From contig VBOX01000085.1 in NCBI GenBank assembly GCA_005893265.1, positions 5,017-69,016 on the forward strand: a stretch of DNA of 64,000 nt, in the 5' to 3' direction. The notes under the pieces are model-generated. The model ran no database searches. It was not told the origin of the DNA and saw only the letters and a list, made by a program, of their open reading frames with translations. Both the position numbers and the translations under genes were made by a program. How positions within the stretch are numbered: position 1 is the first letter of the stretch; each line of letters starts with the position of its first letter. Positions 38,621 through 52,736 of the stretch are shown here, in pieces. The DNA comes from Candidatus Eiseniibacteriota bacterium. GTDB lineage: Bacteria; Eisenbacteria; RBG-16-71-46; SZUA-252.

Positions 38621-40377
38621 GAGCCCTCCAGATCGAGCGCTTGGGACCGCGGGACGATTTCCATTTCGCGCTCCGGGGAGTCATCGATGCGGAAGGGGCG
38701 CGCTCGATCGACCGCCTCCTCCTGAATTGCCAGGGACGAAGCGCGCCGTGCGTGCGACTCGATTTGGCGCAAGTCGAGAGCATCTCGACCCTCGGCATCT
38801 CCGTCTTGAGCCGTTGGGGCCGCGTCTACGAGAAGACCGAGCGCCGAATCGAGCTGAACGGTTTGGCGCCGGAGGTCCAGGCGACGCTTCAGCAGTCTGG
38901 GGCGATCGTCTACGTCGCGAACACGATGCCCACGGCGGGCGCCATCGCCGTCGCGGCTGAGACCGCTCCAAGTCCCCCCGTTCCAAGGCCGCCCGACCGT
39001 CTCGTCGAGCCTCCGGGGATCACGGTCGATCCGGATCCCGCGAGGCGTTTTCAGGCCACGCCGCTCGATGCCCCCACCGGCCCGGAGCTGGCTTCGCTCC
39101 AATCGAAGCTCAAGCGGAAGATCGTCGAATTCCGAAATCTGTTCGAGATCACCCAAGCGCTCAACCTGGCGCAAGACCTGGACGAGGTTCTGAACCTCTT
39201 CGGCCTGAGCGTCATGGGCCAGTTCGGCTTGGAGCGGCTCGCGCTCTTTCTCAGCGATCCCGACAAGGACGGCCACTTGGTCCCCCGCCACGTGCGCGGG
39301 TTCGCACAAAACCATTTTCAGGATTTCACCGTTCCGTGGACCGCGTTTCGAAGGTTCGCCCCCGATCGCTCGTTCGTGGCCCTTCACGAAATGGAGGGCA
39401 AGCAGAGCGGCTCCGAGGAGATCGAGGCCTTGCGGGAGTCGGGGTTCGAGTGGGCGATCCTGCTCTGGGTCCGTCGCGATCTGGAGGGGGTGCTCTTCCT
39501 CGGGGGCCGCGGCAGCCGGAAGAAATTCGAGGAAGATGAGCGGGACCTCTTGACCATTCTCTCGCACCAGGGAGCCGTTGCGATCTCGAACGCAAGGGTT
39601 CAGCGGGCCCAGGAGGAGCGGAATCTCGGGCTCGTGCGCGGGATGATGGCGCTGATCGAGAGCCGCGATGGATACGCGAAGGGCAGCACCGAGCGCGTCG
39701 TCCGGTACGTGAGCGCGGTGGCTCGCCTTCTCGATTATCCGAAGGAATACCTGAAATCGCTCGTGTACGGAGCGGTGCTTCGCGACATCGGGATGATCAC
39801 GGTGAGCGGGCTCATCTTGAAGAATCCCGCGCATCTCTCGGAAGAGGAGTGGGCGCTCATCAAGCAGCACCCCCTTCGCGGGGCCCAGATCCTCGAGGAG
39901 ATGAACTTCCCCAAGGAAGTGATCGCGATCGTCTTGAATCACCACGAGCGCTGGGGCGGGGAAGGATACCCGAACGGGATCCGCGGCCAGGAAATCCCGC
40001 TGGGTGCGCGGATCGTCTCGCTCGTGGACGCCTACGTCGCCATGACGAGCGAGCGGCCCTATCGCCGGGCGCTCCCCTACGAGAAAGCGCGTCAGGTGAT
40101 CGCGGAAAACTGGGGGAGTCCCTTCGATCCGAGCGTCATCGAGGTGTTCCTGACCGTTCTCGACAAGATCGAACGCCGTACGCGCTTGCGCGAAGGCCAA
40201 CCCCTGCCCGAAGCGGCCGGAACCGCGGCGGGCGCGGAGCCCGGGCCAGCAGGCGGCTCGGCGGCTCTGGATCCTCTCGCCTCGGGCGCCACGATTCCCC
40301 TTGAGAAGGACCCGGCTCCGGACCGCTCTACCAAGTTCGGGTCCGGGCCCGCGATGGAAGCGGAGACACGCCGATGA
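38617..40377 (+). CDS. STAS - GAF - HD-GYP domain protein (HD motif apparently degenerate: RD instead of HD)
   Basis: The GTG start overlaps the previous stop (GTGA). An N-terminal STAS/anti-sigma-antagonist-like domain is followed by a GAF domain and an HD-GYP domain with HHERWGGEGYP. The HD dyad reads LRDIGM and the first His-containing motif reads KGSTERV. Confidence 0.75.
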   Translation: MRALQIERLGPRDDFHFALRGVIDAEGARSIDRLLLNCQGRSAPCVRLDLAQVESISTLGISVLSRWGRVYEKTERRIELNGLAPEVQATLQQSGAIVYVANTMPTAGAIAVAAETAPSPPVPRPPDRLVEPPGITVDPDPARRFQATPLDAPTGPELASLQSKLKRKIVEFRNLFEITQALNLAQDLDEVLNLFGLSVMGQFGLERLALFLSDPDKDGHLVPRHVRGFAQNHFQDFTVPWTAFRRFAPDRSFVALHEMEGKQSGSEEIEALRESGFEWAILLWVRRDLEGVLFLGGRGSRKKFEEDERDLLTILSHQGAVAISNARVQRAQEERNLGLVRGMMALIESRDGYAKGSTERVVRYVSAVARLLDYPKEYLKSLVYGAVLRDIGMITVSGLILKNPAHLSEEEWALIKQHPLRGAQILEEMNFPKEVIAIVLNHHERWGGEGYPNGIRGQEIPLGARIVSLVDAYVAMTSERPYRRALPYEKARQVIAENWGSPFDPSVIEVFLTVLDKIERRTRLREGQPLPEAAGTAAGAEPGPAGGSAALDPLASGATIPLEKDPAPDRSTKFGSGPAMEAETRR

Positions 40378-42041
40378 CCCCCGAGAGCTTGAAACCCGCT
40401 CTCGAGACCCGCGAGGGCAAGCAGAAGCGGACGATCCTCGTCGTCGACGACGACCGGCGCGTCGTGGATCTCCTGCAAATCTCCCTGTCGCAGAACGGCT
40501 ACCGCGTGACGACCGCTTCCACCGGCGAGGAAGCGCTGGAGGCGGTGCGCCGGGAGACTCCGGATATGGTGATTCTCGATTTGAGGCTCCCGAAGAAGAA
40601 CGGGTATGAAGTCTGTGCCGCGCTGAAGAGCTCGAAGGAGACCTCCGCGATCCCGGTCATCATGGTCTCCGCGACCGCCGAGGTCGACGCGCGTCTCCAG
40701 GGCCTCATGCACGGCGCGGACGACTACCTGACGAAGCCGTTCTCGCCGAAGGAACTCCTGATCAAGGTGCGTCGCATTTTCGAGCGGATGGAAAAGGCCG
40801 AGGTCCTGAGCACCAAGAACCGGGAGCTCGAGACGGAGGTGGCCCGGAACCGCGAGGACCTGGTCGTTCGGAACAAGGAGCTCCGCTTCCAGGTGTTCAG
40901 CCTCGAGACCCTGATGGGCCTCACCCACCAGCTCAATTCCTCGCTCGATCTCGACTCCCTGATGGGTACGGTCATTCTGAGCGTAGTGGGCCAGCTCCGC
41001 GTCAACTCCGCCTGCCTCTTCCTGACCGACTCGCGCGAAAATCCGAAACGGCTGGATGCCTGGACCTTCAAGGGCGTGAAGGAGGAGCTGGTTCGTTCGA
41101 TCACGTTCGCATACGACGATGATTTCGCCCACGCGATCCGGCCGGTCGACGGCGAGGAAGCGCGTCCGATCCGGCTGCAAGACCTGTCGGAGGACCCCTC
41201 CCTCGAGCACGACGTGGGGCCACTCTACGCGGCCGGATTCACGCTTGCATGCCCGGTCATGATGAAGGAGAAGCTCACCGCCATTCTGGCCGTCGGCGAG
41301 AAGGTGAGCGGACAGGACTTTCAGTCCACCGATCTCGAGATGGTGAAAGCGCTCTCCGAGTCGGCGGGCATCGCGATCGAGAACGCTCGGTTGTTCAAAG
41401 ACCTCCAGGATACGTATCTCGCCACCGTCCGGGTCCTGGTCTCGACGATCGAGGCGAAGGATCCCTACACGCACGGGCACACCGAGCGCGTGGCGCAGTA
41501 CGCGGTCGGGATCGCGAGGGCGATGGATTTCGGCTCGGACGAGATCCAGACGATCCAGTTGGGTGCGATCCTCCACGACATCGGCAAGCTCCACACGAGC
41601 GACTCGATCCTGCATAAGCCCGGAGCGCTCACCGACGAAGAGTGGCGCCTCGTCAAGGCACACCCGGTTCGCGGCGCGCAAATGCTCCAAGGAGTGAAGT
41701 TCCTCGAGAAGGCGACCGACCTGGTCCGCCACCACCACGAGCGCGTCGATGGAAAGGGCTACCCGGACGGGCTGCGCGGCGACGAAATCACCATCGGGGC
41801 GAAGATCGTGAACGTGGCGGATGCGTTCGACGCGATGACGACGGAGCGTCCCTATCGCGCGGGCCTGACCATCGAGCAGGCTGTCGATCAGATGCAGCAA
41901 AAGGCCGGCACCCAATTTGCCGCCGAAGTGGTCGAGGTGCTCGTGCGCGCGCTCCAAGACGGGAGCATCCAGTTGATCCGGAATCCCACGGTCTTCGACG
42001 ATTCGGTCAGGGCAACCACCTCCTTCGACCGCGGCCAGTAG
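40374..42041 (+). CDS. Response regulator: REC - GAF - HD-GYP (c-di-GMP phosphodiesterase, motifs intact)
   Basis: REC domain (ILVVDDD..., phospho-acceptor D in MVILDL, and K in LTKP). GAF domain. HD-GYP domain with HGHTERVA, LHDIGK and HHHERVDGKGYP all present. The ATGA overlap links it with the upstream gene. Confidence 0.85.
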   Translation: MTPESLKPALETREGKQKRTILVVDDDRRVVDLLQISLSQNGYRVTTASTGEEALEAVRRETPDMVILDLRLPKKNGYEVCAALKSSKETSAIPVIMVSATAEVDARLQGLMHGADDYLTKPFSPKELLIKVRRIFERMEKAEVLSTKNRELETEVARNREDLVVRNKELRFQVFSLETLMGLTHQLNSSLDLDSLMGTVILSVVGQLRVNSACLFLTDSRENPKRLDAWTFKGVKEELVRSITFAYDDDFAHAIRPVDGEEARPIRLQDLSEDPSLEHDVGPLYAAGFTLACPVMMKEKLTAILAVGEKVSGQDFQSTDLEMVKALSESAGIAIENARLFKDLQDTYLATVRVLVSTIEAKDPYTHGHTERVAQYAVGIARAMDFGSDEIQTIQLGAILHDIGKLHTSDSILHKPGALTDEEWRLVKAHPVRGAQMLQGVKFLEKATDLVRHHHERVDGKGYPDGLRGDEITIGAKIVNVADAFDAMTTERPYRAGLTIEQAVDQMQQKAGTQFAAEVVEVLVRALQDGSIQLIRNPTVFDDSVRATTSFDRGQ

Positions 42042-42582
42042 GCTACGGCGGCGCTCCTCCCGTTGACGCCCGGCGAAGCCGCCGAGCACCAGCCGTTTGA
42101 CTCACCCCACGAGATCCCGGTCCGCCTCCTCGCGTCAACAAGCGTCGCCATCGTCCAATGCGGCCTCCCGCGGCCGGGGCTCCTCCGCCCCCCGTTAGTC
42201 CCTGTGGCATAGAGGCTTCCTCGCGGTGTGGGCTGCCAGCCGGTGATCGGCACGCCCGTTGCGATGCTGCGATGGCGGCGGGACGCTCTGTTTGGGGGAG
42301 AGCACTGCGGAGTCGGGGCCGCGGTGTGATGAAGCCGAGGAGGCAAAGAGGCGTCCCGCCTTGAAGTTATAGTGGGGGTAGGCGCGGTCGGTAGACTCGG
42401 CATTGGCGTTTCCAGCCGGTCCTCCGTGGTCGCGCCGCCCTCATTTTTCGTTGACCCATCCCGCCGCGTTCGATATCTTCTTCCGCTCGAAGTCGACGGT
42501 ACTATTCCTCCTGCAAACATGGACGTTGGGCCTTCTGCGGCGTTCCGTTCGCCGCCGCGAGTTCGGCGCGCGGAGATCCCAG

Positions 42583-42813
42583 GTGGCCGGGAAGACACCG
42601 AAAAAGGTCACGGGCTGGCGGCAGGTGGGGCTGCTTTCGTCGATTCCGTTCATTCTCGCCCTGGCACCGATCATCGGACTTGTCATCGGGCAACAACTTG
42701 AGCGGCGCTTTCGGACACCTTCCTGGCTGACCTACGTCTTGTGCGGCCTGGGATTTGTCGCGGGAGTGCGCGAAACGATCAAGATCGTCAAGCTTTCGCA
42801 ACAGGAGGACTGA
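42583..42813 (+). CDS. atpZ: AtpZ-like small membrane protein (putative ATP synthase operon protein)
   Basis: A two-TM peptide of about 76 aa immediately upstream of atpI, with GTG start at 42583 10 nt after GGAG. The longer track ORF (from 42403) has a non-hydrophobic N-terminus and was judged an extension. Confidence 0.45.
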   Translation: MAGKTPKKVTGWRQVGLLSSIPFILALAPIIGLVIGQQLERRFRTPSWLTYVLCGLGFVAGVRETIKIVKLSQQED

Positions 42814-42821
42814 CCCCCGAT

Positions 42822-43256
42822 ATGGATCAGGCCCGCCCCGGGCGCGACATCCTGGATCGTGCGCTCCGGACCTCGTGGCTCGCGGCGCTCGCGCTTGCCG
42901 CGACCGTGGCGCCCGGCCGTCCGCGCGATGCGGCGGCGATCCTCGCGGGCCAGCTCCTCGCGTTCCTCCACTTCACTTCCCTCCGCAAGATTGTGAAACT
43001 CTTCACAGAGGGGAGAAGGGATCGGCGCCTGGCGCTCATGATCGCGGCCAAGGTCACGCTCGTGTACGGGGGGCTTGCCGCGCTGATCACTCTGGGTGGC
43101 GTCCGCTATGTGCCGCTCTGCGCCGGCTTCGCGCTCCCGTTTCTCATGCTTTTCCTCAAATCCATCATGCTGGCCCTGGGTGCAGGGCCAGCCTCGCTTA
43201 CCGCACGGCGGGCAACCGAAACGGCCCGTTCCCTAGGGAACGCGGCCAAGCCCGCC
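42822..43256 (+). CDS. atpI: AtpI-like ATP synthase protein I (no stop codon; reads in frame into atpB)
   Basis: A 4-TM hydrophobic peptide in the position and size expected for AtpI, with ATG 42822 after GGAGGA. No stop codon exists between here and the atpB region; the end coordinate is nominal. Confidence 0.45.
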
Positions 43257-44216
43257 GTGTTTCTCCTCCTCCTTGGTGTGGCGGCGCTCCTCGCATTCTC
43301 GGCGCTGCCCGGGGTGGCGCTCGCGGACGAGGCGGCGCATGGCGCGCCGGCGACCCATGACGCGGCGGTTGCCCATGGGGGCGCGGCGGTTGCCCATGGG
43401 GACGCGGCCCAGCACAACGAGGAAGGCGCGGCGGAGCTTCCCAACTGGCTCGTGATCCTCCACGATTTCAACCCTGGGAACCCGCTCGTCAGCTGGCTCG
43501 AGAAAAACCAGGTCATCGTGTTCGCGTGGATCGCGGGGCTCCTCTTCCTCCTCGTGAGCTGGCTCGCGATGCGCAAGCCGAAGATGGTGCCGGGCCCCTT
43601 TCAGAACGCCGTCGAGTGGATGGTCGAGAGCATGGAGGAAGTGTGCGGGGGGCTCCTTGGACCGCAGATCGACAAACACTTCCCGCTCATCGGGGCGCTC
43701 TTCTTCTACATCCTTACGATCAACATGCTGGGGATCATCCCTGGGATGAAGTCGGCGACTTCCTCGCTCGACCTGACCCTGGCCCTGGCGCTGATCACGT
43801 TTCTCTACGTGCAGTTCTGGGGGATCTGGAATCTCGGGATCGTCGGCTACCTGGACCACCTCGCAGGGTCGCCCCGCGACGCGATCGGCTGGGCCATGCT
43901 CCCGGTGATGCTTCCGGTCCACGTCCTAGGAGAGCTCGCCAAGCCCGTGAGCCTCTCCTGCCGACTCTTCGGCAACATTTTCGGCGAGGACACGCTGATC
44001 GTGGTGTTCGTCGGGGCCACGGCGCTCTTGATCAAGGCTTCCCTCGTCGCGCTCGCGGTACCGCCCATGGCCGGTATTACCGCGCTCTTCATGATGCTCC
44101 AGACGCTCACGAGCATCGTGCAGGCGCTGATTTTTTCCCTCCTCGCGACCGTGTACCTCTACATGATGCTGCCGCACGAGGCGCACGCGCACGAGGAGGC
44201 ACACGAGACGCACTGA
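43257..44216 (+). CDS. atpB: F0F1 ATP synthase subunit a
   Basis: The conserved C-terminal helices include the essential Arg (SCRLFGNIFGEDTL). The N-terminus is taken from an in-frame GTG giving a signal-peptide-like VFLLLLGVAALLAFSALPGVALA followed by a His-rich segment. The start is uncertain. Confidence 0.75.
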   Translation: MFLLLLGVAALLAFSALPGVALADEAAHGAPATHDAAVAHGGAAVAHGDAAQHNEEGAAELPNWLVILHDFNPGNPLVSWLEKNQVIVFAWIAGLLFLLVSWLAMRKPKMVPGPFQNAVEWMVESMEEVCGGLLGPQIDKHFPLIGALFFYILTINMLGIIPGMKSATSSLDLTLALALITFLYVQFWGIWNLGIVGYLDHLAGSPRDAIGWAMLPVMLPVHVLGELAKPVSLSCRLFGNIFGEDTLIVVFVGATALLIKASLVALAVPPMAGITALFMMLQTLTSIVQALIFSLLATVYLYMMLPHEAHAHEEAHETH

Positions 44217-44230
44217 ATCGAAACCGTTGA

Positions 44231-44479
<249 letters not shown>

Positions 44480-44493
44480 GTTCGAAAGGGCCC

Positions 44494-44985
44494 ATGGAAA
44501 AGCTCGTTCATCTGAATCAACTCCTCGCCCACGCGATCAGCTTCATCATTTTCCTCTTCCTCGTCCGTGGGGCGTTCAACGCGATCATCTTCCCCCCGAT
44601 GCGCGAGCGCCGCGAGCGGATCCGCGCGGAGTTCGAGCGCATCGAGCGGGAAAAGGCGGAGGTCCAGAAGATCCGCCAGGAGTACGAGGCGCACTCGAAG
44701 AAGCTGGACGCCGAAAGCCGCCAGCGGATCCAGGAAGCGGTCGCCGAAGGCCAACGGGTGGCGGGCGAAATCCGCGAGGCGTCGCGCAAGGAAGCCCAGG
44801 AGATGATCACCCGCGCGCGCCAGGAGATCGGGATCGAACGGGACAAGGCCCAGGCCACCCTCCGGAACGAGGTGGTCGATCTGGCGGTCGAGATCGCGGG
44901 GAAGGTGATCAGGGAAGAGCTGACGGCCGAGAAGCACCGGAAGCTCGTGGATGAGTTCCTCGCCGAGGTCGAAGAGGTCAAGTGA
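44494..44985 (+). CDS. atpF: F0F1 ATP synthase subunit b
   Basis: One N-terminal TM helix and a long charged coiled-coil (E/R/K/A-rich). Confidence 0.85.
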   Translation: MEKLVHLNQLLAHAISFIIFLFLVRGAFNAIIFPPMRERRERIRAEFERIEREKAEVQKIRQEYEAHSKKLDAESRQRIQEAVAEGQRVAGEIREASRKEAQEMITRARQEIGIERDKAQATLRNEVVDLAVEIAGKVIREELTAEKHRKLVDEFLAEVEEVK

Positions 44986-45527
44986 TCTCCGCCGTCCTCG
45001 CGCGCCGCTACGCCCGCGCCCTTCTCGGTCTCTCCCAGCGCCTCGGAGATCTAAAGGAGACACATCAGGATCTCCAGGGGGTCGCGGGCATCTTCGAGAG
45101 CGACCCGCGCGTCCGGCGGTTCTTCGAGGCGCCGAACATCGCGCGCACCGAGAAGGAAGCGTTCCTCGCCCGGAGATGGAAGCCCAAGCTCAACCGGAAC
45201 GTGTACGGGCTGCTGGTGCTCCTGCTCCGCCGCCGGCGCTTCGACCATCTGGTCGCGATCGGGGCTGAGTTCCACAAGCTCGCGGAGGAAGCACAGGGGA
45301 TCACCCGCGCGGTCGTCCGGACCGCGGTCGCGATCAGCGACCGGCAGGCGGACGCCCTGACGCGCGCGCTCAACAAGCGCACCGGCAGGAAGGTCACGCT
45401 CACCCGCGAAGTGGATCCCGCGCTCCTCGGGGGCGCGGTCCTCTCGTTGGATCACAAAGTCATCGACGGCACCTTCGCGACGCAGCTTTGGCGCATTCGC
45501 CGGCAGCTGCGTGAGGCGAGGGTCTGA
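44982..45527 (+). CDS. atpH: F0F1 ATP synthase subunit delta (OSCP)
   Basis: Starts [16 protein letters not shown], typical of the delta subunit. ATGA overlap with atpF. Confidence 0.85.
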   Translation: MISAVLARRYARALLGLSQRLGDLKETHQDLQGVAGIFESDPRVRRFFEAPNIARTEKEAFLARRWKPKLNRNVYGLLVLLLRRRRFDHLVAIGAEFHKLAEEAQGITRAVVRTAVAISDRQADALTRALNKRTGRKVTLTREVDPALLGGAVLSLDHKVIDGTFATQLWRIRRQLREARV

Positions 45528-45543
45528 GGCCAGAGGTCAACGC

Positions 45544-49682
<4,139 letters not shown>

Positions 49683-49727
49683 TAACGGCGCCCGAGATTC
49701 CAGTATCACCCAACTTGGAGCGGAATC

Positions 49728-50309
49728 GTGGCCCGCTCGACGGCCTTCCTCCCCACTCTCCTCCTTTTCACATTAACTGTCTTTGGCTGCATTCCTGAAG
49801 CCAAGGCGAACCTCAGCACTACCGGGAACGTCAACTTTCTCCTGGGTGCGAAGCACGTGGAGTACAGCCGTACGGATGACCAACTTGCGGCTTCACTCGA
49901 CGTCACGTGTGGGGTCCGAGGATGTCCTGTGCTTCTGGATGCCTATTCCAGCGGCTCCTGGGGCGAGGGTCAAAACTCATTCGATGACCCCATAACCGAG
50001 GCGAGATATGAGACGGGAGGAGGACTGATGGGTATCTGGCGCTTTGGATCCTTCTTCCCTCACCTGGGGTTTGGGTGGGGGCGCATCACGAGGAAGGCTC
50101 ACATCGGGCCAGGAGGTGAGAGTGGGGAACGGAGGTTCCAAGAGACCGAACCCCAGCGCTGGGTATCGTGGGGTGGATTCTGGCGCTTCCCGTCCGGGGT
50201 CAATCTAGGTCTAGCGGTCCGTTCGAGCGCAGGGCATCAGCGGTATCCATCACTCGGCGGAACCCATTACGGTCTTACATTGGGCTGGGGGTGGCCAGGG
50301 AAGCCGTAG
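49728..50309 (+). CDS. Hypothetical lipoprotein / outer-membrane-like protein (Gly/Trp-rich)
   Basis: Signal peptide plus lipobox (LTVFGCIP). Aromatic/Gly-rich repeats GFGWG, LGWGW. AT-richer composition. Confidence 0.45.
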   Translation: MARSTAFLPTLLLFTLTVFGCIPEAKANLSTTGNVNFLLGAKHVEYSRTDDQLAASLDVTCGVRGCPVLLDAYSSGSWGEGQNSFDDPITEARYETGGGLMGIWRFGSFFPHLGFGWGRITRKAHIGPGGESGERRFQETEPQRWVSWGGFWRFPSGVNLGLAVRSSAGHQRYPSLGGTHYGLTLGWGWPGKP

Positions 50310-50336
50310 CACCCTCCGATTTCGTACAATCCCACC

Positions 50337-51347
50337 ATGCGCATCCTCGGCATCGAGACCTCATGCGACGACACAGGTGCCGCCGTCGTCGAAGACGGCC
50401 GCATTCTCTCCAACATCGTCGCGGCACAGGATATCCACCTCGAGTACGGAGGCGTGGTCCCGGAGCTGGCGTCGCGGGCCCACATCACGCTGCTTCCGCG
50501 TGTCGTGCAGCAGGCTCTCGACACAGCCCAAGTTACGGTGGATCAGATCGAAGCCGTCGCGGCCACGGTCGGACCCGGGCTCGTCGGCTCGCTCCTCGTC
50601 GGGATCGAGTTCGCCAAGGGATTCGCGCTAGCGCGCGGGATCCCCTGGGTGGGGGTGAACCACGTCGAGGCGCACCTCGTCTCCGCGGGGCTCGAGGCGG
50701 ACCTCCAGGCACCCTACGTCGGCATGGTCGCCTCTGGAGGGCACACCGAGATCTATCACGTGCCGGAGCCGGGCGTCTTCCGTCGCGTCGGCTCGACCCG
50801 TGACGACGCGGCGGGGGAGGCATTCGACAAGATCGGGAAACTCCTCGGGCTGCCTTACCCGGCGGGCCCCCATCTGGATCGGCTCGCGCGTGAGGGGAGG
50901 GCGGATGCGATCCCCCTCCCCAGGGCACGCCTCAAGGGAGACACCCTCGACCTAAGCATGAGCGGGCTCAAGACCGCGGCGAAGCTCTTCCTCGAGCGCG
51001 AGCCTCGCCCGATCCCGGACCCGAGAATCCGTGACATCGCGGCTTCGGTCGAGAAGGCGATCGTGGACGTTCTCGTCGAGCGGCTGGGGCAGGCGCTTTC
51101 GCGGTTCGAAGCCCGCGCCGTGACCGTGGCGGGTGGCTGCGCCTGCAACACCCTCCTCCGTGAGGAGACCGCACGACTGGCCGCGGCCCGCGGGATTCCG
51201 GCGCGGTTTCCCTCGCCAAAGCTCTGCCGGGACAACGGGGCGATGATCGCCCACGCCGGCTCCCTCGCGATCCAGCGCGGCCAAACGACCCCCTTCAGCG
51301 CGACCGCCATCGCTAACCTGGACTCGTTTTCGCTGCTGCCGGTCTGA
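50337..51347 (+). CDS. tsaD: tRNA N6-adenosine threonylcarbamoyltransferase
   Basis: MRILGIETSCDDTGAAVV, HLEGH-like metal-binding motifs, and the GGV.AN sequence. Confidence 0.9.
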   Translation: MRILGIETSCDDTGAAVVEDGRILSNIVAAQDIHLEYGGVVPELASRAHITLLPRVVQQALDTAQVTVDQIEAVAATVGPGLVGSLLVGIEFAKGFALARGIPWVGVNHVEAHLVSAGLEADLQAPYVGMVASGGHTEIYHVPEPGVFRRVGSTRDDAAGEAFDKIGKLLGLPYPAGPHLDRLAREGRADAIPLPRARLKGDTLDLSMSGLKTAAKLFLEREPRPIPDPRIRDIAASVEKAIVDVLVERLGQALSRFEARAVTVAGGCACNTLLREETARLAAARGIPARFPSPKLCRDNGAMIAHAGSLAIQRGQTTPFSATAIANLDSFSLLPV

Positions 51348-51698
51348 ATTCTTGAGTTTCGACGACCCTCGGGCCGCGGGTACCCGCCTATTTCTCCACC
51401 TCCGCAACTCGCCCCGGGGCGAGTTGAACGTGCGCTGGCGCACGTAGGTCGTCGCATCGCGGGCAAGCAGCTCCTCGACTTCCGACTTCCCCCTCGAACT
51501 TCCCCTTCCGATTTCACCTCCTGGGCTGCCCCCGCCGTGCAAATTGCAACGTTCTCGTCCGCACGCCGTATTTGTCCCTCCGTGGCTCAAGAATGACGCG
51601 GGCGAGGCCGAACAATTCGAAGAGCGGTACCAAGTTCCGCCCTTTGGCGGTTCCGGGATCCGACCGCGCGGGCCGCGGCGCATGCAACGGAATTCGAG

Positions 51699-52736
51699 GT
51701 GTCACGCGTGAACCAGTCCTCACCCACGCCCGAGACTGGACGAATCCTCGTCATCGAGGACGATCCCAAGCTCCGGTTCATTCTGGAGAAGCAACTAAGC
51801 GACGCTAAGGACGCGCAGTACGAAGTGCGCACCGCGGAGGACGGGGTGCGCGGGCTGCAGGAAGTTCGTCGCGACGCACCCGAGCTGATCCTGCTCGACG
51901 TGATGATGCCCGGTCTCGACGGGTACGAGGTGTGCCGGCAGCTCAAAGCGAATCCGCTCACGTCGCGTATCCCGATCATCTTTCTCACCGCCAAGTCGAC
52001 GTTCGAGGATCGGATCCACGGTCTCGAGCTTTACGCCGACGACTACATCACGAAACCGTGGGCGCAGAGCGAGCTTCTCTTCCGGGTCAGGAATCAGCTC
52101 AAGACCCGGCGAGCCCAGCTCCAATCCAACGCCCTGACCGGGCTGCCCGGAAACGTGCTCATCGAGACGGAGCTCTCGCGCAGGATCGCGCAAGGAGAGA
52201 AGTTCGCGTTCCTGCACATCGACCTGGATTACTTCAAGGCCTACAACGACTACTACGGCTACGCGCGCGGCGACGCGGTCATCCGCTTCGTGGCCGCGCT
52301 GCTCCACGAGCAGATCCAGCGCTACGGGATCGTGGGGGACTTCGTGGGTCACATCGGCGGAGACGACTTCGTCGTGATCACGATGCCGGATCGCGCCCAG
52401 CTCGTCGCGGACGCGGTTCACGCGAGCTTCGACGCCCGGATCACGGAACACTACGACGACCTGGACTTGAAGCGCGGCCACATCACCGTCCTTTCGAGCC
52501 GGCAAGGGGGTATCAAGAAGTTCGGCATGATGTCGATCACGATCCTGATCGTGAGCAACGTGGGCCGGGACATCCAGCACAGCGCCCAGGTCAGCGACAT
52601 CGCGAAGGAGCTCAAGAAAAAGGGCAAGGCGATGGTTGGGAGCGTGGTCGTGCCCGACAGGCGACTGGACGGCACGCCGATCATGCCCGCCGCCGAGCTC
52701 CCCGCGTCCGACGGGTCGGAACCACCGGCATGTTGA
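51699..52736 (+). CDS. Response regulator REC - GGDEF-family domain (motif GGDDF)
   Basis: REC domain with D in ILLDVMMPGLDG and K in ITKP, followed by a GGDEF-type domain with the signature HIGGDDFVV. The start is GTG at 51699. Confidence 0.8.
   Translation: MSRVNQSSPTPETGRILVIEDDPKLRFILEKQLSDAKDAQYEVRTAEDGVRGLQEVRRDAPELILLDVMMPGLDGYEVCRQLKANPLTSRIPIIFLTAKSTFEDRIHGLELYADDYITKPWAQSELLFRVRNQLKTRRAQLQSNALTGLPGNVLIETELSRRIAQGEKFAFLHIDLDYFKAYNDYYGYARGDAVIRFVAALLHEQIQRYGIVGDFVGHIGGDDFVVITMPDRAQLVADAVHASFDARITEHYDDLDLKRGHITVLSSRQGGIKKFGMMSITILIVSNVGRDIQHSAQVSDIAKELKKKGKAMVGSVVVPDRRLDGTPIMPAAELPASDGSEPPAC

Noticed and set aside
38239-40200. 653-aa minus-strand ORF antisense to the STAS-GAF-HD-GYP gene
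   Set aside because: The plus strand carries clear GAF and HHE..GYP motifs. The antisense frame is low-complexity.
42741-42821. Upstream extension of the atpI/atpB ORF to 42741
   Set aside because: It overlaps the atpZ-like gene in another frame. The AtpI hydrophobic region begins after ATG 42822, which has a GGAGGA RBS.
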